From: Candidatus Omnitrophota bacterium
Lineage (GTDB): Bacteria > Omnitrophota > Gorgyraeia > Duberdicusellales > 4484-171
Length of the DNA: 64,000 nucleotides
Reading direction: 5' to 3'
Assembly (NCBI GenBank): GCA_020343495.1
Contig: CP070797.1
Coordinates: 1,510-65,509 of the forward strand
Part shown: positions 33,937-42,649 of the stretch, piece by piece
How the letters are laid out: every line of letters starts with the position of its first letter
How positions within the stretch are numbered: the first letter of the stretch is position 1
Position numbers and translations under genes: made by a program
Notes under the pieces: model-generated
The model's input: only the letters and a program-made list of their open reading frames with translations
What the model was told of the DNA's origin: nothing
Databases searched by the model: none

Positions 33937-34779
33937 TTAGCGGACTCCCTCTAAATCGCTCATCATCTCTCTGGCAATTAACCCCTTGATAGTTTCTGAC
34001 CCTACAACCGGCTGGCTATCCATTACCAAACATTTTAAAGCGTTATGGCATACCATAGCAATACGCCGGGGATACCCTTGAGTATATTTGTAGATTTCTT
34101 TTACTGCCTCATCAGTAAAAAACTTAGGGCCGTAATTGTAACCTGCTTTTCTTAATCTAAACTCAATCATTTCCTTTGTTTCCTTCTCATCTAAGGGGTT
34201 TAACATATACCTTAAACTTATCCGGTCCCATAAATTCTTTATCTGGTGCAAACGGGGAAGAAGCTCCAGCTGCCCCATAATAATCAATTGAAGCAATTTA
34301 TACTCGTTTGTCTCATAATTTAATAATACCCTTAAAATTTCTAAAGGAAGCTGGTTTAATTTTTGAGCTTCGTCAATCAACAAAACAACTGTTTTATTAT
34401 TCTCTATTCCCATTTTAAAAAGATAATTTTTTATCGCTTCTTTAAAATCTAAAATACTGGGATTGGGCTTTTTCATTTCTATATTAAAAGTCCTGATTAA
34501 TGAATCCAGGAAAAGCTCTTCCGTATCATAAGTGGGGTCAAGAATCATATGAAAAATTATATCCTCGCGGGCCCGCAACATCTGAAAAAGCTTTCTTGAG
34601 AGAGTGGTTTTGCCGGTTCCCACATCGCCTAGAACTATGCTTAAGCCTCTCTTTAAGCGTATTTCTATCATTATCCGCATCAATGCGGCATGGTGTTCCT
34701 GCGATTCATAAAAAAAATCGGGATCCGGGCTTGTAGAAAACGGTTCGCGTTCTAAACCTAAAATATTATAGTAACTCAT
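33937..34779 (-). CDS. ExeA/GspA/MshM-like AAA ATPase (no peptidoglycan-binding extension)
   Basis: YYNILGLEREPFSTSPDPDFFYESQEHHAAL. Walker A GDVGTGKTT. Walker B VVLLIDEAQ. YTQGYPRRI. At 280 aa its length resembles MshM more than full-length ExeA. Confidence 0.8.
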   Translation of the reverse strand: MSYYNILGLEREPFSTSPDPDFFYESQEHHAALMRIMIEIRLKRGLSIVLGDVGTGKTTLSRKLFQMLRAREDIIFHMILDPTYDTEELFLDSLIRTFNIEMKKPNPSILDFKEAIKNYLFKMGIENNKTVVLLIDEAQKLNQLPLEILRVLLNYETNEYKLLQLIIMGQLELLPRLHQIKNLWDRISLRYMLNPLDEKETKEMIEFRLRKAGYNYGPKFFTDEAVKEIYKYTQGYPRRIAMVCHNALKCLVMDSQPVVGSETIKGLIAREMMSDLEGVR

Positions 34780-34849
34780 TATTAAAATATCCCAATTTTA
34801 CTCTTAGAATATTAGTATAACCAAATATTCATATATTACTATAAAAAAG

Positions 34850-34879
34850 TTATTTATTCTCAATTTATAGAATAAATAA
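34850..34879 (-). terminator. AT-rich hairpin plus U-tract directly after the MerR-like gene (alternatively an operator palindrome)
   Basis: Plus strand: ttatttattct (34850-34860), caatttat, agaataaataa (34869-34879). This is a perfect 11-bp inverted repeat 3 nt after the TAG stop. On the sense strand it is followed by CTTTTTTAT. Confidence 0.45.
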
Positions 34880-34881
34880 TT

Positions 34882-35112
34882 CTATACTCCGATTATTTTT
34901 TTACGAATTAAATTCAAAGGATACCCTTTTTTACTTAACGTAAAAATCCTGTTTAACCGCCGGCGGATGACTTGCGCATCATACATTCTTTGGTTGCCTT
35001 CTTTCCTTAAAAGAGGCAACAATCCTATAGTTGTATAATAATTTACGGTATGATACGGGATGTTAAATCTCTTAACGATATCCTGTGCAGAAATGGCTTT
35101 GCCTTTCATCAT
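34882..35112 (-). CDS. Small MerR-family HTH protein (76 aa)
   Basis: ISAQDIVKRFNIPYHTVNYYTTIGLLPLLRKEGNQRMYDAQVIRRRLNRIFTLSKKGYPLNLIRKKI fits the MerR-type HTH/wing pattern (YYxxxGLL...R.Y). Confidence 0.65.
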   Translation of the reverse strand: MMKGKAISAQDIVKRFNIPYHTVNYYTTIGLLPLLRKEGNQRMYDAQVIRRRLNRIFTLSKKGYPLNLIRKKIIGV

Positions 35113-35176
35113 ACTCCTACAACCTTTCTTAGTTAAAGTAACTACTATAACTACTAAAACATTCTTACCTACTACA

Positions 35177-35204
35177 ACTATAGCATATACTATACTTTTG
35201 TCAA
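35177..35204 (-). promoter_or_regulatory. Predicted sigma70-type promoter of the MerR-like gene
   Basis: Sense: TTGACA (35199-35204), 16-nt spacer, TGcTATAGT (-10 at 35177-35182). The 8-mer TAGTAGTT occurs three times nearby (plus-strand aactacta at 35140, 35149 and 35203), and one copy abuts the -35. Confidence 0.55.
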
Positions 35205-35291
35205 CTACTAAATATTTCTTGTCATTTAAAAATTAAAAAGAAAAAGGTGGGATTCTTTCAAAAAACAAAAACGTTGCCTCTCTACCACAAT

Positions 35292-35903
35292 TCAATACAT
35301 ATTGATAATAAAAATTATTCCTTTTCTTACCATCATAACCGCAATAGCAGCCAGTAGCAGGCTCATAACTTTTGATAATGCTTTAGAACCGGATTCGCCT
35401 AAAATTCTAATCAATATTCTTGATGATGAGAAAATAATGCCCGCTAATATAATGTTTGATAAAACAGCTATTATAGTTGCTACCATACCGTATTCTTGTA
35501 ATATTACCAGTGACGTCGTTAATACCGCCGGGCCAACAATTAAAGGCGTGCCTATGGGAACAGCCCCCACTTCTCTACTGGGGATACGGCGGCGTTTACC
35601 GGGATTAATTATATCCATTATACCAATACAGAACAGTATTATTCCTCCTGCCACCATAAAATCATACATAGTTATGTTAAGAAGCCTGAATACGCCCCTG
35701 CCTAAAAATATAAAAACTAAAGCTAAACATATTGCCGTTATTACTGATTGAAGTATAACTTTTGACCTTTTATCTTTTTTTACCCCTTCGGTAAGAGATA
35801 CAAAAATAGGTAAAACCCCTACTGCATCAACAGCTACAAATACAGGAATGAATGCCAGGCAAATTGCTCTAAATAGACTCATATTTAAACTTACGTCGCC
35901 CAA
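35292..35903 (-). CDS. MarC-family (UPF0056) integral membrane protein
   Basis: Six hydrophobic segments. Motif [25 protein letters not shown]. Confidence 0.7.
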   Translation of the reverse strand: MGDVSLNMSLFRAICLAFIPVFVAVDAVGVLPIFVSLTEGVKKDKRSKVILQSVITAICLALVFIFLGRGVFRLLNITMYDFMVAGGIILFCIGIMDIINPGKRRRIPSREVGAVPIGTPLIVGPAVLTTSLVILQEYGMVATIIAVLSNIILAGIIFSSSRILIRILGESGSKALSKVMSLLLAAIAVMMVRKGIIFIINMY

Positions 35904-36439
35904 AACCTATTTTTGCGGCCTATGACGCCGTCAATAACCATATGTTTATCCGGCGCCATTTTTAAAGATTCGTTAACGTGCTTATTAAAGGTATAAAGTT
36001 CAACCTGCTTGCCGTGACGTTCTTTTATTTCATAAATTAACTCTGCAAAATCCGAATCCCCTGAAATAAGGGCGGCGGTATCATACTGGTTCATAAATGC
36101 TTTAGACAACATATCCACGGCAATCTTTACGTCAATTCCTTTCTGCATCCAAACTTTGCCGATGCGCATAAGCCGTCCGAGCTTAAACTCAAAATAAGGA
36201 ATGTTAAGTTTAATATTCTTCAGATAGGCGTGTTGTTCCTGATAAGTCTGCGGGTTCTCGTCTCTACTAAGGGCAGCGGAATAATAATAACATCTTATTA
36301 ACTGGCGGCCGTCTCTTATCCAATTTATAATGTTATCCCATCTAATATCTTTTAACCGGACACTTCCTCTGGCCCCCCTTAAATCTTTCATGCTCTGGAT
36401 AACATATTCAGCGTCAATAAAAATCATCACTCTGTTCAT
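35891..36439 (-). CDS. NYN/LabA-like (PIN-fold) domain protein
   Basis: [10 protein letters not shown]...[10 protein letters not shown]...[33 protein letters not shown]. Confidence 0.75.
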   Translation of the reverse strand: MNRVMIFIDAEYVIQSMKDLRGARGSVRLKDIRWDNIINWIRDGRQLIRCYYYSAALSRDENPQTYQEQHAYLKNIKLNIPYFEFKLGRLMRIGKVWMQKGIDVKIAVDMLSKAFMNQYDTAALISGDSDFAELIYEIKERHGKQVELYTFNKHVNESLKMAPDKHMVIDGVIGRKNRFWAT

Positions 36440-36509
36440 CTGCTATCTCCTTTTGTTGCTATATTATACCAAACTATATCAATGAATAAAACTAAAATAT
36501 CCTAAAATA

Positions 36510-36965
36510 CTAAAGTTTTTCTTTATGCGCGCCGATTGTTACCCATTTACCCTTTTGTTTTATTAAAAAATCCGTATAACGGAACTCTGAATCAAAGGGT
36601 TTGCCGCTATTGGTGTTACCGCGGGTATTACAAAAATAGTGCACTACAGCTGTATCGTCTTCTATTATGATGGAAACGGGTTCAATGACGTAGAAAGAAA
36701 AATTTACCGTTTCAATTACACTATTTCCGCCCTGTTCTAATATGGTTTTATTAATGGGTAAGGCCCGCCAATTGACAAAGCCCCTAAATTCCGGGTGGAA
36801 ATCTTTTACAAATCCTTTCAGATTCTTTTTATTTATTAAGTTATCCCAGCGTTGCTCAATAACCTTCCAGACCTGCATTTGCTGTTTAGACCATTCTTGA
36901 GCAAACACAAAAGAAGAAAAAAAAGACAAAATAACCAATAGTGCTAAGATTATTATCTTTTTCAT
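36510..36965 (-). CDS. Secreted NTF2/SnoaL-like fold protein
   Basis: Signal KKIIILALLVILSFFSSFVFA. About 130 aa with an alpha+beta cone pattern, ending GKWVTIGAH. Confidence 0.5.
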   Translation of the reverse strand: MKKIIILALLVILSFFSSFVFAQEWSKQQMQVWKVIEQRWDNLINKKNLKGFVKDFHPEFRGFVNWRALPINKTILEQGGNSVIETVNFSFYVIEPVSIIIEDDTAVVHYFCNTRGNTNSGKPFDSEFRYTDFLIKQKGKWVTIGAHKEKL

Positions 36966-37036
36966 CTTACCTCCTTTCGCTTTTTGTTTCTAACGACTCG
37001 AATCAGCCCGATCCAGATTGATCTGTTAGGCTTCCA

Positions 37037-37528
37037 TTAGATTTTTTTATATTTCTTTGCCTCTTTGATGAACTTTAGATCGTCCCGGTCTCTAGGACGG
37101 CTGCTCTTTTTTTTCATTGTTTCAATATCCTTAAGAGAAGCCACTCTAATTGTAGTGGTTCTATCGTTCTTTTGCTGCGAATTAATATAGAGTTTATTGA
37201 ATTCCTTTTCACTGGCGAAAAAGACATCTAGAATATCTTGCCCTTTATAAGAGAAACAAATCCATTGATTTACGAATAAATTTGGCAAATGGCTAATTTT
37301 GAGTATGTCTTTTTGTTCAGTTTTCAAACCCAAAAAATCTGCAATTTTAAAAAGCTTATTTAAAACCTCTTCTTTAGCAGGGACATAAATATCAATATCT
37401 ATGGTACTTTTTGGTAGGCCATGAATGACTAAAGCTGCTCCTCCAACTAAGACATAATTTAACTCTGTTTCATTTAATTTATTAATTATTTTATACCAAA
37501 TTTTAGGGTCTGAAATATTTTTTGCCAT
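37037..37528 (-). CDS. Minimal nucleotidyltransferase-fold protein
   Basis: YVLVGGAALVIHGLPKSTIDIDIYV matches the GG...H...DxD pattern of small NTases. Confidence 0.45.
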   Translation of the reverse strand: MAKNISDPKIWYKIINKLNETELNYVLVGGAALVIHGLPKSTIDIDIYVPAKEEVLNKLFKIADFLGLKTEQKDILKISHLPNLFVNQWICFSYKGQDILDVFFASEKEFNKLYINSQQKNDRTTTIRVASLKDIETMKKKSSRPRDRDDLKFIKEAKKYKKI

Positions 37529-37679
37529 TTCTACGGATAATTTTATTTATTTTTTTTGCTTCGGCATCCATGAAACGCGAAAGAAATTGCCTTTGGGAAA
37601 AAGCCCAAGCTAAACGGTCATATAAGCTTAATTTAGCAAATGAGCGTATATGGTGTTTTCGCAATTGATTGCTTTTCAT
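37503..37679 (-). CDS. Candidate 58-aa ORF overlapping the NTase gene start by 26 nt
   Basis: Below the track cutoff; hand-translated as MKSNQLRKHHIRSFAKLSLYDRLAWAFSQRQFLSRFMDAEAKKINKIIRRNGKKYFRP. The 177 nt are in frame (ATG at 37677-37679, TAA at 37503-37505). I recognise no homology. Confidence 0.3.
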   Translation of the reverse strand: MKSNQLRKHHIRSFAKLSLYDRLAWAFSQRQFLSRFMDAEAKKINKIIRRNGKKYFRP

Positions 37680-37727
37680 ATTAAATAATTATTATCCTTA
37701 CTTCCGCAAAAAATGTCAATATTTTCT

Positions 37728-38945
37728 CTATAATTGCCTCTTTCTCCAGATAAACACCTTATCTTTCGGTTTTACAATAATGGGCAGCTTTACTCCGACT
37801 TTCTCTCCTTTTACTGCTTCCTTTATAAACTGGTGGTTTATCTGAAGTTCCTCTATTCTTGCAAACTGTGCCGGTCCTCTTCCCACAAACAAAACCTCAT
37901 CACCGACTTTTAGGCTCCCGTTCTTTATTAAGACTTCCGCCACCTTAATTTTTTTATAAACTTTGCCTACCTCCCCTAAAAAAACCTTCTGGTATCTGTT
38001 CTCTAACTCCCTGCTTACTGCATCCTGCGGCACCCCAAAATAAAAACCGCTTGATGCGCCCCTGTTATAAACTTTTGCAAGTTCGTTTTTTAATTCCTTT
38101 TTTAATCCTTCATCTAGCTTGCCTTCAAAAAACGCATCAATGGCTTTTCTGTAGTTGGCTGTTACTACTCTTAAATACTCCGGGGAGCGGTTTCTTCCTT
38201 CAATCTTGAAGGCATTAATACCTGCCTCTATTAACTCATCAATAAAATCAACTGCGCATAAATCTTTGGGGCTCAAGAGGTAATCCTTTCCTAAAACATA
38301 CTGGGAATCGCCCTGCGTATCTGTAATAAGAAACTGCCGGCGGCAAGGCTGCAGGCACTTTCCTCTGTTGGCAGACTTAGCAAACGCCATCTCTGAAAGA
38401 AAACACCTTCCGGAAATACTTAGGCACATCGCTCCGTGAATAAAAGTCTCAATTTCGCAATTAACTTTCTCTTTTTTTATTTTCTCTATTATATTCTTTA
38501 TATCGGAAAGCGTACATTCCCTTGCTAAAACAATCCGCTCTGCTGCCTGCGATGCATAAAACTTTACTGCCTCAAAGTTTGAGACACTGGCCTGCGTTGA
38601 TAAATGTATCTTTAGCCCTGTATCTTTTGCTAACGAAAATACCGCCCCGTCCCAAAGGATAACAGCGTCAACTCCTGCCTGTTTTGCTTCCTTTAAAATC
38701 CTTTTTACTTTTTCTGTTTCTCTATCAAAAACAATTACGTTTAACGCTAAATACCCCCGCCTTTTACGCTGATGCAAAAAACTCATTACCTTTTTTATCT
38801 CTAAAATGTCAAAGTTAGCTGCTAAATGGCGCATATTTATGTCTTTGGCGCCAAAATATACGCTGTCAGCGCCTGCTTCTACAACACTGTGTAACGCTGG
38901 CCAGTCTCCGGCAGCAGATACCAGTTCAGGTTTCTTCTCTATCAT
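37728..38945 (-). CDS. Peptidase U32 family protein
   Basis: PELVSAAGDW...GADSVYFG...ETFIHGAMCLSISGRCFLS...FKIEGRNRSPEY. Confidence 0.85.
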   Translation of the reverse strand: MIEKKPELVSAAGDWPALHSVVEAGADSVYFGAKDINMRHLAANFDILEIKKVMSFLHQRKRRGYLALNVIVFDRETEKVKRILKEAKQAGVDAVILWDGAVFSLAKDTGLKIHLSTQASVSNFEAVKFYASQAAERIVLARECTLSDIKNIIEKIKKEKVNCEIETFIHGAMCLSISGRCFLSEMAFAKSANRGKCLQPCRRQFLITDTQGDSQYVLGKDYLLSPKDLCAVDFIDELIEAGINAFKIEGRNRSPEYLRVVTANYRKAIDAFFEGKLDEGLKKELKNELAKVYNRGASSGFYFGVPQDAVSRELENRYQKVFLGEVGKVYKKIKVAEVLIKNGSLKVGDEVLFVGRGPAQFARIEELQINHQFIKEAVKGEKVGVKLPIIVKPKDKVFIWRKRQL

Positions 38946-39001
38946 ATTAAAAACTGCCTCTTCCCTAAATTTATAGTGGGTTTTTGTTTAATAAAGACTG
39001 G

Positions 39002-39259
39002 TTATTTGGATTTATAAAATAAGACGGAACACGCTACCACGCAGCTGAATAATATCAGGTTAATAATACTAAACGTCCTCCACACAATATCTGTAGACGA
39101 TACTGCCGCAGGAAACATAATCAACAAACAAACCCATACGCCGAACACCCAGTAAAGGCTTATGTCTTTTGAGGATTTACGCTTTACTATCCGCATAATA
39201 AGCGGTATGTTCCACAAAGGTAAAACCACTGCCGCAACTAAAGCAATCTTGTGTATCAT
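39002..39259 (-). CDS. Small three-TM membrane protein (possibly PQ-loop/SemiSWEET-like)
   Basis: 85 aa with three hydrophobic helices and IPLIMRIVKRKSSKDISLYW after TM1. Weak resemblance only. Confidence 0.35.
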   Translation of the reverse strand: MIHKIALVAAVVLPLWNIPLIMRIVKRKSSKDISLYWVFGVWVCLLIMFPAAVSSTDIVWRTFSIINLILFSCVVACSVLFYKSK

Positions 39260-39315
39260 AACTTAACTCCCCTCTGTATTTTAACTATACTCTTACGTTT
39301 GTCAAGCAACTATAC

Positions 39316-40479
39316 TCAATTTTTAACTCTATCTAAATACTCCCTAAAACAGGCCTTTTCAATATCTACTAAATTCGCAAACGCGTCTTTAAAGTCTCTC
39401 TTTCCAACGGTAAAAAGGCCGTGGCCGTACACAATTGCTCCTCTCTTACCTTTAACTGCCGCGGGCAGCGTCTTACAAAGCCCGTAGGGCCCTGTGCCTA
39501 CTTCTCCGGGAACAATAGGTATATCAGCTATACTGCGTTTCTTAGGACATTTTATATGGCAGAGCCCTCTGCTCTTGCATTCTTTCTCATTGCAAACCAT
39601 AGACATTATCACAGAAAACTTGGGGTGTCCGTGTAAAATAGCCAGAGCTTGCGTAGTTAAGAAAATATCGCGGTGGGCAACGTACTCGCTGGAAGCAGTA
39701 GCTCCCGCGCAGGAAGACTCATCTAAGGGGCAGGGGTCAATACAACCGGCTAACTCATCTAAAGAACTGGCAGTCTGGCTGACGTATATTGTGTCAGCTA
39801 ACCGGTAAGAAATGTTTCCGAAAAAAGAGTCAACCATCCTGCTGTCAACGGTAAATTTAGCTGCTTCTATCATTGCTTTTATAACTACTTCTGCACTATC
39901 AAAAGGCCCCTCATAAGAAGGGACAAACTTAATCTTCTGCAGGAAATCTTCATAAACTTTAACAGCGTTCAGGAAAATATCCTGCTGCGTGCTGTCAACT
40001 TTGTTTTCTCTTACGGCATAAAGAAAGTCGGTAAAAAACTTAACAAAAGCAGCAAAACATACTGAACTATAAACAATAAACGCCTGCTCTACGCTTACTA
40101 TTCCAAAAGTTACAATTCCCCTGTCTCTGACAACTATGCTTTTTCTCCTTTTTAACGCCTCTATAATTTTATCTGCATCCAACTCTACAGCAACGGGAAT
40201 ATCATGCAGAAAAGTCCTGGTCTCACAATCCTGAGGGTAAATTGCGCCAGGCTTATCTTTAGTAAGGTAATTTAGTATGGAAAAGTAACCTCTAGACGGC
40301 TTTGCAAAAAGGAGGCTGTTAATATTTAAGGAAGCTACAACTTCTTCTAAAATACTGCATAAAGGGTCGCTGCGGTTCCACACCAAGTTATCGTCTAACC
40401 CGCAAATAAGGGGCTGGCCTTCTTCACATAACCCCTGTTCCACTAACTTATCGTTATACTTTTTTAAAAGTTTATCCAT
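39316..40479 (-). CDS. Two-domain protein with a C-terminal class II aldolase/adducin-like domain
   Basis: ASSEYVAHRDIF...AILHGHPKFSVI...GAIVYGHGLFTVGKRDFKDAF. It overlaps the AOR gene by 16 nt. Confidence 0.5.
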   Translation of the reverse strand: MDKLLKKYNDKLVEQGLCEEGQPLICGLDDNLVWNRSDPLCSILEEVVASLNINSLLFAKPSRGYFSILNYLTKDKPGAIYPQDCETRTFLHDIPVAVELDADKIIEALKRRKSIVVRDRGIVTFGIVSVEQAFIVYSSVCFAAFVKFFTDFLYAVRENKVDSTQQDIFLNAVKVYEDFLQKIKFVPSYEGPFDSAEVVIKAMIEAAKFTVDSRMVDSFFGNISYRLADTIYVSQTASSLDELAGCIDPCPLDESSCAGATASSEYVAHRDIFLTTQALAILHGHPKFSVIMSMVCNEKECKSRGLCHIKCPKKRSIADIPIVPGEVGTGPYGLCKTLPAAVKGKRGAIVYGHGLFTVGKRDFKDAFANLVDIEKACFREYLDRVKN

Positions 40480-42221
40480 TCAATTCCTAACTCTCCACAT
40501 TTCTGCCGCAGGGGCATACCCTCTCGGTCTAACCCGCGAATTTTATAATAAGCCCGGCGCGCGGTGAGGAACTCTTCTCTATTAATAGGGTTTACGGTTA
40601 TACTCTCGCCGCTGCTTCCTGCTTGAGAAAAAAACCTCGGCGGTAAATCGTCATCTCTGCTGCCAAACCCGCAGGCAGCGTTCATCAGGCGCTCGTTATA
40701 AAAAATTCGTTCGCCGGCTTTAAGTAAATCCTGGGCGCTTGTCTTAACTGCTGTTACACCGTAAAACGCGCGGCTGTATTCTTCTAAACTGGCGGCAAAG
40801 AACAAAAACTTGCAAGCTGTCAAGGAATCAACTACGGCGTTTAAATCTTCGCCTATCTTTATTATCCGCGCCTTTCCGCTAAAAGTAAACCTGTCGGTAG
40901 CAACGGGTTTCCTTAAAATCTCATGGGAAATAGGGTAGGCGCGCAAATGGCAGCCTCCCCGCGTTGACACCGCATAAGCTAATGCCATGCCTAAGGCGCC
41001 TCTGGGGTCGTAAGCAGGCAGTTCCTGTTTCTTTACTGTCATAGAAAGATGAACGCACCCTTTACTTTCAGCGTAGCGGTAAGAGCCAAGTTTTAAGTAT
41101 TGGCCCTCATCCCTGCTATAGGCAATGTCAGAAAGTAACTTAATAATTTTGGGGGGAGTGAGTTTAATACGGGAAATTTCTGCGTAACAGGCAAGCGTCG
41201 CGGCAGCGGAAATCGTGTCCATACCTGTCTCGTTACATATCCTGTTAGCTTCAACAACAACGTCTAAATCCGTGTTGTCAATTAAGGCGCTAAAATGCGA
41301 CATTGTTTCAAACTCAGGAATTAGCCTCCTATCCTGAGCCTGTTTCTTGCACAATATATGACATCCAAAACATCCCTTCTTTTTAGGCTGGTACTTTTGT
41401 TTATACTGCCAGGCGTTCATCGCCGGCGCTGATTTAAAGTAAGTTGCCTTAAAATTACTTGTCGGCATCATTCTGCGGGTGTGCATAAGGTCGTATAAGG
41501 CAGGAGTGCCGTAATTTGAAATGCCAAATGAGCCGGTCAATATCGGCGATGCCGCGGTAAGACGCAAAATTTCCTCTCGGGCTAAATTAAGTTCGTCCTT
41601 ACTATAAACAGTTGTTTTAGACGTACCCCCAACTTTAAGGTATTTTAAATTTTTTGACGCCATAACAAGGCCCAGGCCGCCGCGTCCGGAAAAAAAGTGG
41701 CCGTCAATGCTTATACAGGAAAACAATACTCCTGCCTCTGCAGCCGGGCCCACTATGGCAACTGAGGAACCTTTCTCTACTAAAACACTCATCACATCAC
41801 TAATCTCTTTTGCTTTCAACGAAGAAGCCTCAACTATTTCTACTTTTGAATCGCAAATACAAATACCGCACAACTGCGGGTTTTTTCCCGTAACAACGAT
41901 ACCGTCGTAACCTGCTCTTTTTATCTGCACTCCTAACCGGCCGCCGACAGAAGTGTCACAAACTGTCCCTGTTAATGGCGAACGGCTCATTACAGTCATG
42001 CGTCCTGAAGCAGGTGAAGGGGTATCAACTAACGGCCCGGTAAAAAACAATAAAGGCATCCGGGCAGAGCAGGGTGATTCTTTAACAAAATTTCTTAGAT
42101 AATACCCCGCCAGGCCTCTGCCGCCAATATATTTCTTATATATCTCTAAACAAGGGGTCTGGATAGAGTGCTTCTTAGTGGTAAGATCTATATGCAGTAT
42201 TTTACCTTGCCAACCATTCAT
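40464..42221 (-). CDS. Aldehyde:ferredoxin oxidoreductase family (tungstopterin enzyme)
   Basis: N-terminal GKILHIDLTTKK...GGRGLAGYYL. About 585 aa with AOR-family motifs (GLDTISAAATLA-like GMDTISAAATLACYAE; CKF). Confidence 0.85.
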   Translation of the reverse strand: MNGWQGKILHIDLTTKKHSIQTPCLEIYKKYIGGRGLAGYYLRNFVKESPCSARMPLLFFTGPLVDTPSPASGRMTVMSRSPLTGTVCDTSVGGRLGVQIKRAGYDGIVVTGKNPQLCGICICDSKVEIVEASSLKAKEISDVMSVLVEKGSSVAIVGPAAEAGVLFSCISIDGHFFSGRGGLGLVMASKNLKYLKVGGTSKTTVYSKDELNLAREEILRLTAASPILTGSFGISNYGTPALYDLMHTRRMMPTSNFKATYFKSAPAMNAWQYKQKYQPKKKGCFGCHILCKKQAQDRRLIPEFETMSHFSALIDNTDLDVVVEANRICNETGMDTISAAATLACYAEISRIKLTPPKIIKLLSDIAYSRDEGQYLKLGSYRYAESKGCVHLSMTVKKQELPAYDPRGALGMALAYAVSTRGGCHLRAYPISHEILRKPVATDRFTFSGKARIIKIGEDLNAVVDSLTACKFLFFAASLEEYSRAFYGVTAVKTSAQDLLKAGERIFYNERLMNAACGFGSRDDDLPPRFFSQAGSSGESITVNPINREEFLTARRAYYKIRGLDREGMPLRQKCGELGIEWINF

Positions 42222-42239
42222 TATTGACGTTATAAATCC

Positions 42240-42288
42240 TGTAGGGATGTGTATTTTATTATCAGACAGGTCGCAACCTGTCCCTACA
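42240..42288 (-). other. Nested stem-loop overlapping the cupin stop codon, in the AOR leader
   Basis: Sense: outer stem TGTAGGGA/TCCCTACA (8 bp; 42281-42288 with 42240-47 on plus). It encloses GACAGGT-TGCG-ACCTGTC (7 bp, tetraloop). No U-tract follows. Confidence 0.45.
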
Positions 42289-42643
42289 TTATTTGTTCAT
42301 CTTCTGCTTTCCAGGCAGGGTCAACAATACAGAGAAACACCAAATCCGCGCTGCCGGTGTTCTTAATATACTGGACTGCGCCCGGCGGAATATAAACAAC
42401 TTCTAAAGGGCCTACCTGATGTTCTTCTGCATCAATACACATAAGGCCCCTGCCTTCTAAAATATAATAAACTTCGCAAGACTTCAGTTTATGCGGCTTG
42501 GTTACCTGCCCCTGCCTTACAGTGGCGTGAGCTAAACTATAGTTAATCCTTAAATCTTCTTTGCCGGGATTCAGGTATTCACGAAGAATAGAATTATCCC
42601 CGGCTAAAAACTGCCGGCAATCTTTTAATCGTTTTATAAGCAT
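42284..42643 (-). CDS. Cupin domain protein
   Basis: KPHKLKSCEVYYILEGRGLMCIDAEEHQVGPLEVVYIPPGAVQYIKN. Confidence 0.75.
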   Translation of the reverse strand: MLIKRLKDCRQFLAGDNSILREYLNPGKEDLRINYSLAHATVRQGQVTKPHKLKSCEVYYILEGRGLMCIDAEEHQVGPLEVVYIPPGAVQYIKNTGSADLVFLCIVDPAWKAEDEQIM

Positions 42644-42649
42644 CCTTAA

